64,000 nt of DNA from an uncultured Gammaproteobacteria bacterium (lineage in GTDB: Bacteria; Pseudomonadota; Gammaproteobacteria; JBBQDK01): positions 192,813 to 256,812 of the forward strand of contig CAVZVG010000003.1 of NCBI GenBank assembly GCA_963778665.1, written 5' to 3'. The position numbers and the translations under genes were made by a program. Below, in pieces: positions 1 to 8,785 of this stretch. The notes beneath the pieces are model-generated. The model made no database searches, was not told the origin of the DNA, and saw only the letters and a program-made list of their open reading frames with translations. Each line of letters starts with the position of its first letter. Position 1 is the first letter of the stretch.

Positions 1-458
1 GGACCGGGTTCGGCGGTCGCGTGACAAAATACCAGCATCGATTCTGCAATAACGAATTCGGCGGTCTGAAATTCACCGCGCAGGAGTTGGGTATCATCTG
101 CGTGCTGCTGCTGCGGGGCGCGCAGACGCCGGGAGAATTGCGCACCCGTACCGACAGGCTCTGCAAATTCGACGATGTGCACGCAGTCGAGGCGGTACTG
201 GAGCGCCTGTCGCAGCGCGATGACGGACCCTTCGTCATCAGGTTGGCACGTGAGCCCGGCAAACGGGAGTCGCGCTATAGGCACCTTTTCAGTGGTGCAG
301 CGGCAATCTCGGAACGATCCACGGCAACGCCCGCCACCCAGGCCGTCGCGCCGGAAGCGGATCCGGACCGGCTCGCCCGTCTGGAACGGCAGGTCGCCGG
401 ACTGCAAGAGGAAGTCGAGCGTCTCAAGACTTTGCTCGCGCAATTCGATGTTCGCTGA
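1..458 (+). CDS. yceH: YceH/DUF480 (UPF0502) family protein, C-terminal part; 5' end lies upstream of window
   Basis: Frame of ORF 21..458 stays open to position 1. Translation (FCNNEFGGLKF..LLLRGAQTPGELRTRTDR..DGPFVIRLAREPGKRESRYRHLFSG, acidic coiled C-terminus) matches the conserved YceH C-terminal half. Confidence 0.8.
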   Translation, partial: TGFGGRVTKYQHRFCNNEFGGLKFTAQELGIICVLLLRGAQTPGELRTRTDRLCKFDDVHAVEAVLERLSQRDDGPFVIRLAREPGKRESRYRHLFSGAAAISERSTATPATQAVAPEADPDRLARLERQVAGLQEEVERLKTLLAQFDVR

Positions 459-520
459 CTTGCGGATGGTGTGCGGATGCACTGTCTGTATGACAATCAG
501 CGTATCCGACAGAATGAGTT

Positions 521-557
521 CCCTGTCCCCTCGGGAGAGGGACAGGGTGAGGGTATC
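521..557. repeat. REP-like palindrome, family D (CCCTGTCCCCTC GGGA GAGGGACAGGG + GTGAGGG tail)
   Basis: Inverted repeat read directly. Same family as elements at 29897, 30049, 30242 and 30445. Lies in the yceH/GT2 intergenic region. Confidence 0.7.
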
Positions 558-763
558 AATAGCATCAAGACCGATGTTATATCCCCTCGCGCCAAGCCTA
601 TCCCGATGGAAGGAAGGTGGCAGGTCTATTCCTGTTTGATTTGCTTGCTTGCTGTTAATCAGAGCAGCCCTTGGGAATAATGCAGGTGTATAACGTAATT
701 GTCTTCACAGAACGAGAAGAACCCGCTGTCTGATTTGCAAGGATACGGAGAGGGAGAGTCTGA

Positions 764-1474
764 ATGAAAGTTGCCGTAATAACGCCTTATTACAAGACCC
801 CGGACGAGTGGTTGCTCGAGTGTCACCGCAGCGTCAAGGCGCAGACCCATCCCTGTACGCATATACTGATCGCGGACGGACGACCGCAGTCGGTGGTGGA
901 CACACTGGATGCGCAACATCTGTGCCTGCCTGCCAACATCGGCGACTATGGCGATACGCCGAGAGGCATGGGTTCGGTGCTGGCGATCAGTCAGGGCTTC
1001 GATGCCATCGCCTACCTCGATGCGGACAACTGGTACAGCCCCGAGCACATTGCAACAGTGGTTGCCTTGCATGAGAAGACTGGGGCGGCCGTCATCACAT
1101 CGGCAAGAAATCTGCACAGGCTGGACGGAACACTGCTCGGACCTTGCAATGAATCCGACGGCGATAGCTTTGTCGATACCAATTGTTATTTTCTGACGCG
1201 TGTCGCTTTCTCGATAGTGCCCACTTGGTGGATGATGGAGTCGTGGATGCATGCGATCGACGACCGCGTGATACTTGGACAAATAAAGCAGGCGGGACTG
1301 ACCCAGGCGCATTCATCCCTGCCGACCGTGGCGTATCGCACCGCCTTCAAATTTCACTATGAACGGTTTGGCGAAGCCCCGCCGCCGGGAACAAAAACAG
1401 GGCAGGATATATTCGTGGCTATGGAACGCATCACAAGGATACAGCAGGGCATGATGGGTGCTCGCACCCGGTGA
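764..1474 (+). CDS. family 2 glycosyltransferase (GT-A fold)
   Basis: 236-aa ORF with N-terminal VAVITPYYK and a DxD motif (AYLDADNW) typical of GT2. Confidence 0.6.
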   Translation: MKVAVITPYYKTPDEWLLECHRSVKAQTHPCTHILIADGRPQSVVDTLDAQHLCLPANIGDYGDTPRGMGSVLAISQGFDAIAYLDADNWYSPEHIATVVALHEKTGAAVITSARNLHRLDGTLLGPCNESDGDSFVDTNCYFLTRVAFSIVPTWWMMESWMHAIDDRVILGQIKQAGLTQAHSSLPTVAYRTAFKFHYERFGEAPPPGTKTGQDIFVAMERITRIQQGMMGARTR

Positions 1475-1640
1475 GCAAGATGCACTTGGCCTGCAAGTCT
1501 GTCAGCCGAACCTCAATAGAATCTCAATATGCAATCGCAGCGGTGCAGCAATCACCCTGCTGAGTGTATTGCGTATCGTCGTTACCATGGTGAGTGATCG
1601 CTAAGGAATATCAGCGCCTGCAGGGTAACCCTGGGGATGA

Positions 1641-3326
1641 TCAACCGACTGCGGTACCGGTTTGTGACCTGCGGCGGTGGGCGGCGGGCAAAGCCCGACC
1701 GTCCTGCAGTACATAGGAGCCGCGCTGTGGGCTGCGCAGAACTTCCGGTGGTACGAAGCTGCTGCCGACTCGATAGGTCTCCGTCAGTTCAGCGGCCAGT
1801 TCGGGCACGCCGAGATGCTCTCCGATGCGATTGAACAAGGACAGCCACGGCGCTGTCGAGGCGGGCTTCACGGAGAACCGTATGCACAGGTCCTGGTACT
1901 CCTCCAGGTCATTGGCCATCCGCAACAGCAGCAATTTGGCCAGGGGCAGGGGTATCAGGTCGGCATCGCGCTCCAGTGTCGGGATATCCGCATTGTTCCA
2001 GTCGAAGCGGGCATAGCTATACAGCCAGTGTTCCACTTCAGTGCCGATGGCGCTTGCCACATCGCGGCGTTTCTCCGGGGTTATGTCCGGGCCGAGTGCG
2101 CTGAACTCGTACAGTGAGTGCAGCAGTCCCGCCACCACCAATGTCACGGGTGTGCCCTGGGCCGCCAGTATGCTCGCGGTTCCCACCAGGTGCGCGAGGA
2201 AGGGTTTGCCGCAAACCCGATAGAGATCCCCGAACCAGCCTTGGGCGTGTTCGTAGGCATTGCGCAGCAGGGCGAGTTCGCTCTCCGAATAGCCCAGGTC
2301 CATGCATTGTCTGTAGAGCTGCACGTTGGTCTGGGCACAGTACCGGTGGCGAGTGGCGACGGCGTTCGAATCTTGTGGTGGCGAGGGTAGCTGTAAGTGT
2401 CGCTGGTGCTTGCCGAGCCAGCCCTGCATCTCGGTGAACAAGAGACTGTCCATGGTCACGTTCCAGCTGCCGGCGAAATGCTGCACGCTGCGTTCGTTCC
2501 AGTCATCACACCAGCGTAGCCGGAAGTAGTTCAGATCGGAAGCGAGGTAGGTTCTGAAGGCCAGATAGGAGACATGGGCGTCGGGCTCGAGCCAGACGCT
2601 GCCGCCGGCCTCGGTGACTCTGAGACAGAAATCGATGTGTTCCAGAACGCTGTACAGGCCTTCGTCAAAGGGGCCGACCCGTTCCAGTATGTCGCGGCTG
2701 GCCATCATGCAGTGAAATTCCATGAACGCAAAGGGCCCGCGCTTGATCTGATCGCGTACTTCGGGGTAATGGCGGTTGACATGCAGATGCTGCTCCTGCA
2801 TCCGACATTCTTCACCGATTCTTTCCAGGCGCAGAACGCCACCCGCCATGTGCACGATCTGATCAGCAAACTCACCGATGAAATACAGTGGGCCGACCAC
2901 GCCGGCGCCGGTTTCCTCGGCGCACTTGATCATCGCTTCCAGCCAGCCCGGTTTTACGATGGCGTCGTTGTCCATGAACACCAGGTAGCGGCCGTTGGCG
3001 TGCTGCATGCCGATATTGCGGGCCTGGTTGGGGCTTAAATACTGCGGTGTGCGGATCAGCTTGAAGCCTTTGGCGCGGGCTTGTTGTTCCAGGTAGCGCT
3101 GCAGATAGTCCGGGGATCCGCCGTCCACATACACCAGCTCGAAAGGCGTCGCCGTGTTTTGATAGATGCTCTCCAGGGAGGCCGGCGCGCAACTGAAGCG
3201 TTCCCGCGGTACCACGATGATGCTGACGGTGGGCCGTGTCGAGTCGACTGTACTCATGTTTATATTCTCGCTGGCATCCTGACTGCAGAGGGCTCCAGTC
3301 TTACGTACCACGGGGCGGTTGGTCAA
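1641..3326 (-). CDS. GT2 glycosyltransferase fused to a C-terminal RelA/SpoT-type HD-like domain (HD dyad replaced by HS); likely start at Met24 (~3257)
   Basis: N-terminal ~300 aa show GT2 features (SIIVVPRERF, FMDNDA). C-terminal region GKPFLAHLVGTASILAAQG..VVAGLLHSLYEFSALGPD follows the HD_4 pattern G.PYI.HPL.VA.ILA...AALLHDVVEDT but carries HS in place of HD. Confidence 0.6.
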   Translation of the reverse strand: MTNRPVVRKTGALCSQDASENINMSTVDSTRPTVSIIVVPRERFSCAPASLESIYQNTATPFELVYVDGGSPDYLQRYLEQQARAKGFKLIRTPQYLSPNQARNIGMQHANGRYLVFMDNDAIVKPGWLEAMIKCAEETGAGVVGPLYFIGEFADQIVHMAGGVLRLERIGEECRMQEQHLHVNRHYPEVRDQIKRGPFAFMEFHCMMASRDILERVGPFDEGLYSVLEHIDFCLRVTEAGGSVWLEPDAHVSYLAFRTYLASDLNYFRLRWCDDWNERSVQHFAGSWNVTMDSLLFTEMQGWLGKHQRHLQLPSPPQDSNAVATRHRYCAQTNVQLYRQCMDLGYSESELALLRNAYEHAQGWFGDLYRVCGKPFLAHLVGTASILAAQGTPVTLVVAGLLHSLYEFSALGPDITPEKRRDVASAIGTEVEHWLYSYARFDWNNADIPTLERDADLIPLPLAKLLLLRMANDLEEYQDLCIRFSVKPASTAPWLSLFNRIGEHLGVPELAAELTETYRVGSSFVPPEVLRSPQRGSYVLQDGRALPAAHRRRSQTGTAVG

Positions 3327-3366
3327 GGCCCGACAGGTCGATGACGGCGGGTGTGCGCCGGGGAGT

Positions 3367-3909
3367 TCAGGCGTGCATGCGCAGCGTCAGTTCCACTTGC
3401 ACGCTGTCGTTCTGATCGGCCAGCCAGATCTGGCCGTCCTGAATGGTGCATTGCAACTGCATGTTGCGCTGCGCCAGCCTGGCCAGCGCCTGCACCGTGG
3501 CCGCCGGCAGATCGATCACGGTCAGATTCTTCAGGCGTTCGAGCGTCGCATGAATTTTGTTCCACCAGATCTCGGCGCTATTGCCACTGTAGGTATAGAT
3601 GACAACCTGTCGGGCGCGGCCGCAGGCCTTGCGGATGCGTTTTTCATCGGGCTGGCCGAGATCGATCCACAGCTCGATGTCGCCGGTCAGATCCTTCCGC
3701 CACAGATCGGGTTCGTCTTCGGTGCTGAGACCCTTGCTGAATGTCAGTGCTTCATGGGCATGACGCGCGAAGGCCAATACCCGCACCATCATGCGCTCAT
3801 CCGTTTCCGAAGGATGGCGGGCGATGGTCAGGGCGTGCGTCTGATAGTAGTTGCGATCCATGTCGGCGATCTGCAGATCGGCTTTGAAGATGGTTGCTTT
3901 GGTGGCCAT
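3367..3909 (-). CDS. yaeQ: YaeQ family protein
   Basis: 180-aa product MATKATIFKADLQIADMDRNYY..LTIARHPSETDERMMVR.. is a near-textbook match to YaeQ. Confidence 0.85.
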   Translation of the reverse strand: MATKATIFKADLQIADMDRNYYQTHALTIARHPSETDERMMVRVLAFARHAHEALTFSKGLSTEDEPDLWRKDLTGDIELWIDLGQPDEKRIRKACGRARQVVIYTYSGNSAEIWWNKIHATLERLKNLTVIDLPAATVQALARLAQRNMQLQCTIQDGQIWLADQNDSVQVELTLRMHA

Positions 3910-3935
3910 GACGGTGCCTTGTTGTTATGGTCCAT

Positions 3936-4014
3936 GTAGCCTGGGTTGAGCGCAGCGAAACCCGGGTATCGCCTGCCATGCTTCCCGGGTTTCGCTGCGC
4001 TCAACCCAGGCTAC
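3936..4014. repeat. long hairpin repeat, family C (31-bp perfect stem GTAGCCTGGGTTGAGCGCAGCGAAACCCGGG, 17-nt loop)
   Basis: Perfect inverted repeat between yaeQ start and deaD stop. Two further copies lie at 62193 and 62605. Confidence 0.8.
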
Positions 4015-4019
4015 GTCTG

Positions 4020-6052
4020 CTACGTCTGCGCTGCATACGTCATCACTTGCGCGGCTGCGCCGCGTCCCTTGGGCGGACCTTTGCGGTGCGGTGCGCTGGT
4101 TCTGGATTTGGTTCTGACTTTATCGGGGTCCTTGTCTCTGGGCGGCAGCGTGAGCTTTTTCGTCGCGGGCTTGCCCGGCGCGTCATTGCCGTCGTACACG
4201 CTGATCTCCAATTGCCGGCCGCACACCCACACCTTGCGCAGATGTTTGAACACTTCCTTGGGCATGCCTTCCGGCAGATCGACGGTGCTGTAGGTCTCGT
4301 GCAGCTTCAGTTGGCCGATGTGCTTGCTGTCGAGTTCCGCTTCGTTGGCGATGGCGCCGACGATGTTCTTGGCCTGCACGCCGTGCTCGAGACCGACTTC
4401 GATGCGGTAACGCTCCATGCCCGGTTCCGGCGGTCTGAAAGCGTCGAGACGGTTGCGTTCCGGTGGCGGGCGGCTGGTGTCGCGCGGCGGCCGGGGTGTT
4501 ATAGCGGCATCGCTACGCGGTTTGTCCACGGGCGGTCGCGGCCGTTCCTCGGCATGCCTTGGCGGTGGGTTCGATTCGCGGGCCGGTCGGGGTGTGTAGC
4601 TTTCCGTGCGCGGTTTGTCCGCCTGCGGTCGCGATCGCTCTTCATCGCGCCGGGGTTTGCGCGTATCCGGGCGACGGTCATCCCGTTGCGGTCTGGCGGC
4701 AGACCTTTCGAACGGTGCCGGTTCGCTGGCGAAGGCCGGTGTCAGCGGACGTTCCTTCTGCACAAGATAGGCGAGGGCGGCGGCGATCTCGGTCAGGTCG
4801 GCGTTGTGCTCCTGCTGATAGCTCTCGATCACTTCCTGGAACTTGCCCAGTTCCTCTGCTTCGATGACGGCGCTGATGGTCTGCTTGAACTGCGCGATGC
4901 GATGATCGGCGATGTCTTCGTGACTGGGCAGCTGCATCGGCGTGATGGTCTGGCGCGTGGCGGCTTCGATGGCGCGCAGCATGCGCTTCTCGCGCGGCGA
5001 CACGAACAGGATGGCCACGCCCTTGCGACCGGCGCGACCGGTGCGGCCGATGCGGTGCACATAGGATTCGGTGTCGTTGGGGATGTCGTAGTTCACCACG
5101 TGGCTGATGCGTTCCACGTCCAGGCCGCGCGCGGCGACGTCGGTGGCGATGACGATATCGAGCGTGCCTTTCTTCAGGCGATCGACGGTGCGTTCGCGCA
5201 GCACCTGCGTCATGTCGCCGTTCAGCGCGCCGCAGGAAAAACCGCGCGCTTCGAGTTTCTCGGCCAGTTCCACGGTGGCGCTCTTGGTGCGCACGAAGAT
5301 CAGCATGCCGTCGAATTCCTCCACTTCGAGCATGCGCGTCAGCGCGTCGAGCTTGTGCACGCCGGTGACCTGCCAGTAACGCTGCGTGATGGTGTCGACG
5401 GTGCTGGTCTTGGACTTGAATGCGGATCTCGACCGGGTCGCGCAGGTATTTGCCGGCCACGCGGCGGATGACGGAGGGCATGGTCGCGGAGAACAAGCGC
5501 CACCTGTTTTTCCGTCGGCGTGTGTTCGAGAATCTGCTCGACGTCGTCGATGAAGCCCATGCGCAGCATTTCATCGGCCTCGTCGATGACCAGCGCCGAC
5601 AGGCGGTCGAGTTTCAATGTGCCGCGCCGCAGATGATCCTGAATGCGGCCCGGCGTGCCCACCACGACATGCACGCCGCGCTTCAACATGCGCAACTGCG
5701 TGTCCATGCCCTGACCGCCGTAGACCGGCAGCACATGGAAGTCCTGCAGATGCCGTGCATATTTCTGCATGGCCTCGGCGACCTGGATGGCCAGTTCGCG
5801 GGTCGGCGTCAGCACCAGAATCTGCGGCTGTTTGAGCGCGACATCCAGGCGGCTCAGCAGCGGCAGCGCGAAGGCGGCGGTCTTGCCGGTGCCGGTCTGG
5901 GCCTGACCGAGCAGGTCGCGACCCTCCAGCAGCGGCGGAATGGACTGGGCCTGGATGGGCGAGGGCGCTTCGTAGCCGACTTCCTCGACGGCCTTGAGAA
6001 CCGGGGCGGCGAGACCTAACTGCGCGAAGCGTATGACGGTGTCTGTGGACAT
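4020..6052 (-). pseudogene. deaD: DEAD-box RNA helicase DeaD/CsdA, disrupted by two 1-bp insertions (~5375 and ~5490)
   Basis: N-terminal helicase motifs ([15 protein letters not shown]) lie in frame of ORF 5339..6127. Residues [27 protein letters not shown] are found only in a second frame (ORF 4678..5574). The remainder, including [10 protein letters not shown] and the DbpA-like C-terminal domain, is in a third frame (ORF 4020..5360). Aligned against E. coli DeaD this implies an extra t in gcgcTtgttctcc and an extra g in attcaaGtccaag. Confidence 0.75.
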
Positions 6053-6177
6053 GGTGGGCCTGTGGCGGGGACGGGGCGGGTGCTGACGGTAATTATACGC
6101 CAGATGAAACGGGCAGTGGGGTGGCATCTGTGAGACAATAACGGGCTTTACGCCATCACATACTCTGGATTCACACC

Positions 6178-7823
6178 GTGTTAGCCACAGCCAACATCAC
6201 CATGCAGTTCGGGGCCAAGCCCCTGTTCGAAAACATCTCGGTCAAATTCGGCGACGGCAACCGTTACGGCCTGATCGGCGCCAACGGCTGCGGCAAGTCC
6301 ACCTTGATGAAGATCCTGGGCGGCGACCTGGAGCCGACCGCGGGCAATGTCTCGGTCGACGCCGACGAGCGCCTGGGCAAACTGCGCCAGGACCAGTTCG
6401 CCTTCGAAGACTTCACGTCGATCGACACGGTGATCATGGGCCACGCGCGAGCTGTGGGAGGTCAAGCAGGAGCGCGACCGCATCTATGGCCTGGCCGGAG
6501 ATGAGCGAAGACGACGGCATGAAGGTCGCCGACCTGGAAGTCGAGTTCGCCGAGCTGGACGGCTACACCGCCGAGGCCCGCGCCGGCGAACTGCTGCTCG
6601 GCCTGGGCATCCCCATCGAACAGCACTTCGGCCCGATGAGCGCCGTGGCGCCGGGCTGGAAACTGCGCGTGCTGCTGGCGCAGGCGCTGTTCGCCGATCC
6701 CGACATCATGCTGCTCGACGAGCCGACCAACAACCTGGACATCAACACCATCCGCTGGCTGGAAGACATGCTCAACGAGCGCAACAGCACCATGATCATC
6801 ATCTCGCATGACCGCCACTTTCTGAACAGCGTCTGCACCCACATGGCCGATCTCGATTACGGCGAGCTGCGCGTCTACCCCGGCAACTACGACGAGTACA
6901 TGACCGCCGTCGACCCAGGCGCGCGAGCAGCTGTACGCCGACAACGCCAAGAAGAAGGCCCAGATCGCCGAACTGCAGACCTTCGTCAGCCGCTTCTCCG
7001 CCAACGCCTCCAAGGCCAAGCAGGCCACCTCGCGCGCCAAGCAGATCGAGAAGATCAAGCTGGAGGACATCAAGCCGTCGAGCCGCGTCAACCCGTTCAT
7101 CCGTTTCGATCAGGACAAGAAGCTGCATCGCTGGCGCTGGAAGTGAAGCGACTGGCCAAGGGTTATGACGGCATGCCGCTGTTCAGCGACTCGACCTGAT
7201 GATCGAAGTCGGCGAACGCGTCGCCATCATCGGCCCCAACGGCATCGGCAAGACCACCCTGCTGCGCACCCTGGTGAGCGAGCTGACGCCGGATGCACGG
7301 CACGGTCAAATGGTCGGAGAACGCCAGCATCGGCTACTTCGCCCAGGATCATGCCGACGACTTTGCCGACGACATGACGCTGTTCGACTGGATGAGCCAG
7401 TGGAAAGCGCCCGGCGACGACGAGCAGGCCGTGCGCGCCACGCTGGGCCGGCATGCTGTTCTCGCACGGACGACATCAACAAATCCGTGAAGGTGCATCT
7501 CCGGTGGCGAACAGGGCCGCATGCTGTTCGGCAAACTGATGCTGCAGAAGCCCAACGTCCTGGTCATGGACGAACCGACCAACCACCTGGACATGGAATC
7601 CATCGAGTCGCTCAACCTGGCGCTGGAAAACTATCCCGGGCACGCTGATCTTCGTCAGCCACGACCGCGAGTTCGTATCATCGCTGGCCACGCGCATCAT
7701 CGAACTGACGCCACCGGCGTCGTCAACTTCAGCGGCAACTACGACGACTACCTGCACAGCCAGGGCGTGGAAGTGCCGGGCGCGGCGCCGGCCGGGAAGA
7801 AGACCGGTAGCGGCCGGAAATAA
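6178..7823 (+). pseudogene. ybiT: ABC-F ATPase (YbiT homologue) with ~11 single-base indels
   Basis: GTG start; [42 protein letters not shown].. matches E. coli YbiT end to end. Reading requires frame changes at ~6447 (+c), 6497 (+g), 6912 (+t), 7118 (-c), 7186 (-c), 7280 (+a), 7452 (+g), 7470 (+g), 7488 (+c), 7640 (+g) and 7700 (-c), inferred by alignment to the YbiT protein. ORF pieces are 6178-6504, 6486-7199, 7199-7648, 7293-7490 and 7521-7823. Confidence 0.8.
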
Positions 7824-7835
7824 CCGAATACCTCG

Positions 7836-7860
7836 CCCTTTCCCGCCTGCGGGAAGGGGG
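7836..7860. repeat. REP-like GC hairpin (CCCTTTCCCGC CTGC GGGAAGGGGG) directly after ybiT stop
   Basis: Inverted repeat read directly. No U-tract follows, so it looks REP-like rather than an intrinsic terminator. Confidence 0.5.
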
Positions 7861-8128
7861 CTAAGCAGACTGGCGGAGGCCGATCGGGATTCCGGTTGCA
7901 AAGGCATGCTGGCCGGGTTTAGTGCTGTTTGCGGAAGCCGACAAATCTTGCGCCGCTATGCGGACATTCTTTAGTCTGGAGCTGTTGCCGAAACCGACGC
8001 GCAGCGGCAGAGCCGGACGCACTCATGCCCCCTGCCAGCTGTTCCGAGACCTTACGTCGCAGTGTTGATCGATCGAGGTCCAATAAGCGTCGCTTGACTA
8101 TAACAAAATATAACCACATTATATAACC

Positions 8129-8389
8129 ATGACATGGAAAGTCATCATGCATCGTGATGCGAGAAAAGCGCTCCAACGCCTGGATAGGTCCACCCGGCAT
8201 CGCATCGCCGAGAAAATTCAGGCATTGGGCGACAATCCGGATGATCCTGCGCTGGATGTAAAAGCACTGGCGGGAATCAATGCCTTCCGGCTCCGCGTCG
8301 GAAGCTGGCGAATCATCTACCGGCGCGAACAGCTGGTAAGGATCATTGCGATCGAACAGATAAAACCCCGTGGGGATGCCTATAAATGA
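8129..8389 (+). CDS. type II toxin, RelE/ParE superfamily (HigB-like; toxin gene precedes antitoxin)
   Basis: 86-aa product with the RelE/ParE signature ..AFRLRVGSWRIIYRREQLVRIIAIEQIKPRGDAYK. Overlaps the downstream HTH gene by 4 bp. Confidence 0.75.
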   Translation: MTWKVIMHRDARKALQRLDRSTRHRIAEKIQALGDNPDDPALDVKALAGINAFRLRVGSWRIIYRREQLVRIIAIEQIKPRGDAYK

Positions 8390-8736
8390 ACGCCGCATTG
8401 AAAAAAGTCCAGGTGATAAATTCGCTCAGCGGCGAGCCTGAATATGTGCTGCTGCCGTACGCACTTTATCAAACACTGCGCGGCGAGCTTGACCGGAAAC
8501 TCTCCGCACGCAAGCCTCGGCAGGCGAGTGACTATGTTCCATTCAGTGTTGAAGACTATGTTGATAACCCGGTTGCCTTGGCACGTATCAAAGCGCGCCT
8601 ATCGCAATCCGAGCTTGCGCGACGCCTGGACGTGAGCCAGGCCTACATCAGCAAGGTCGAGCGCCAGGAAACGGTGACGGTGAAGTTGCTGTCGCGGGTG
8701 AACCGGGCATTGCGTGGCGGACGCGGCAAGGCATGA
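8386..8736 (+). CDS. HTH (XRE-family) antitoxin, HigA-like
   Basis: 116-aa product with a C-terminal HTH (RLSQSELARRLDVSQAYISKVERQE), translationally coupled to the upstream toxin. Confidence 0.7.
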   Translation: MNAALKKVQVINSLSGEPEYVLLPYALYQTLRGELDRKLSARKPRQASDYVPFSVEDYVDNPVALARIKARLSQSELARRLDVSQAYISKVERQETVTVKLLSRVNRALRGGRGKA

Positions 8737-8785
8737 AGTCATTTATCCTGGGGCTGATTCGTTCATAACGCGGTAGTCCATCGCA

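Noticed and set aside
3927-5471. 514-aa ORF on + strand
   Set aside because: Antisense shadow ORF inside deaD. GC-rich DNA gives long stop-free frames, and the product is low-complexity (Arg/Ala/Gly-rich).
7919-8398. 159-aa ORF on - strand
   Set aside because: Completely overlaps the convincing higB/higA pair on the opposite strand.
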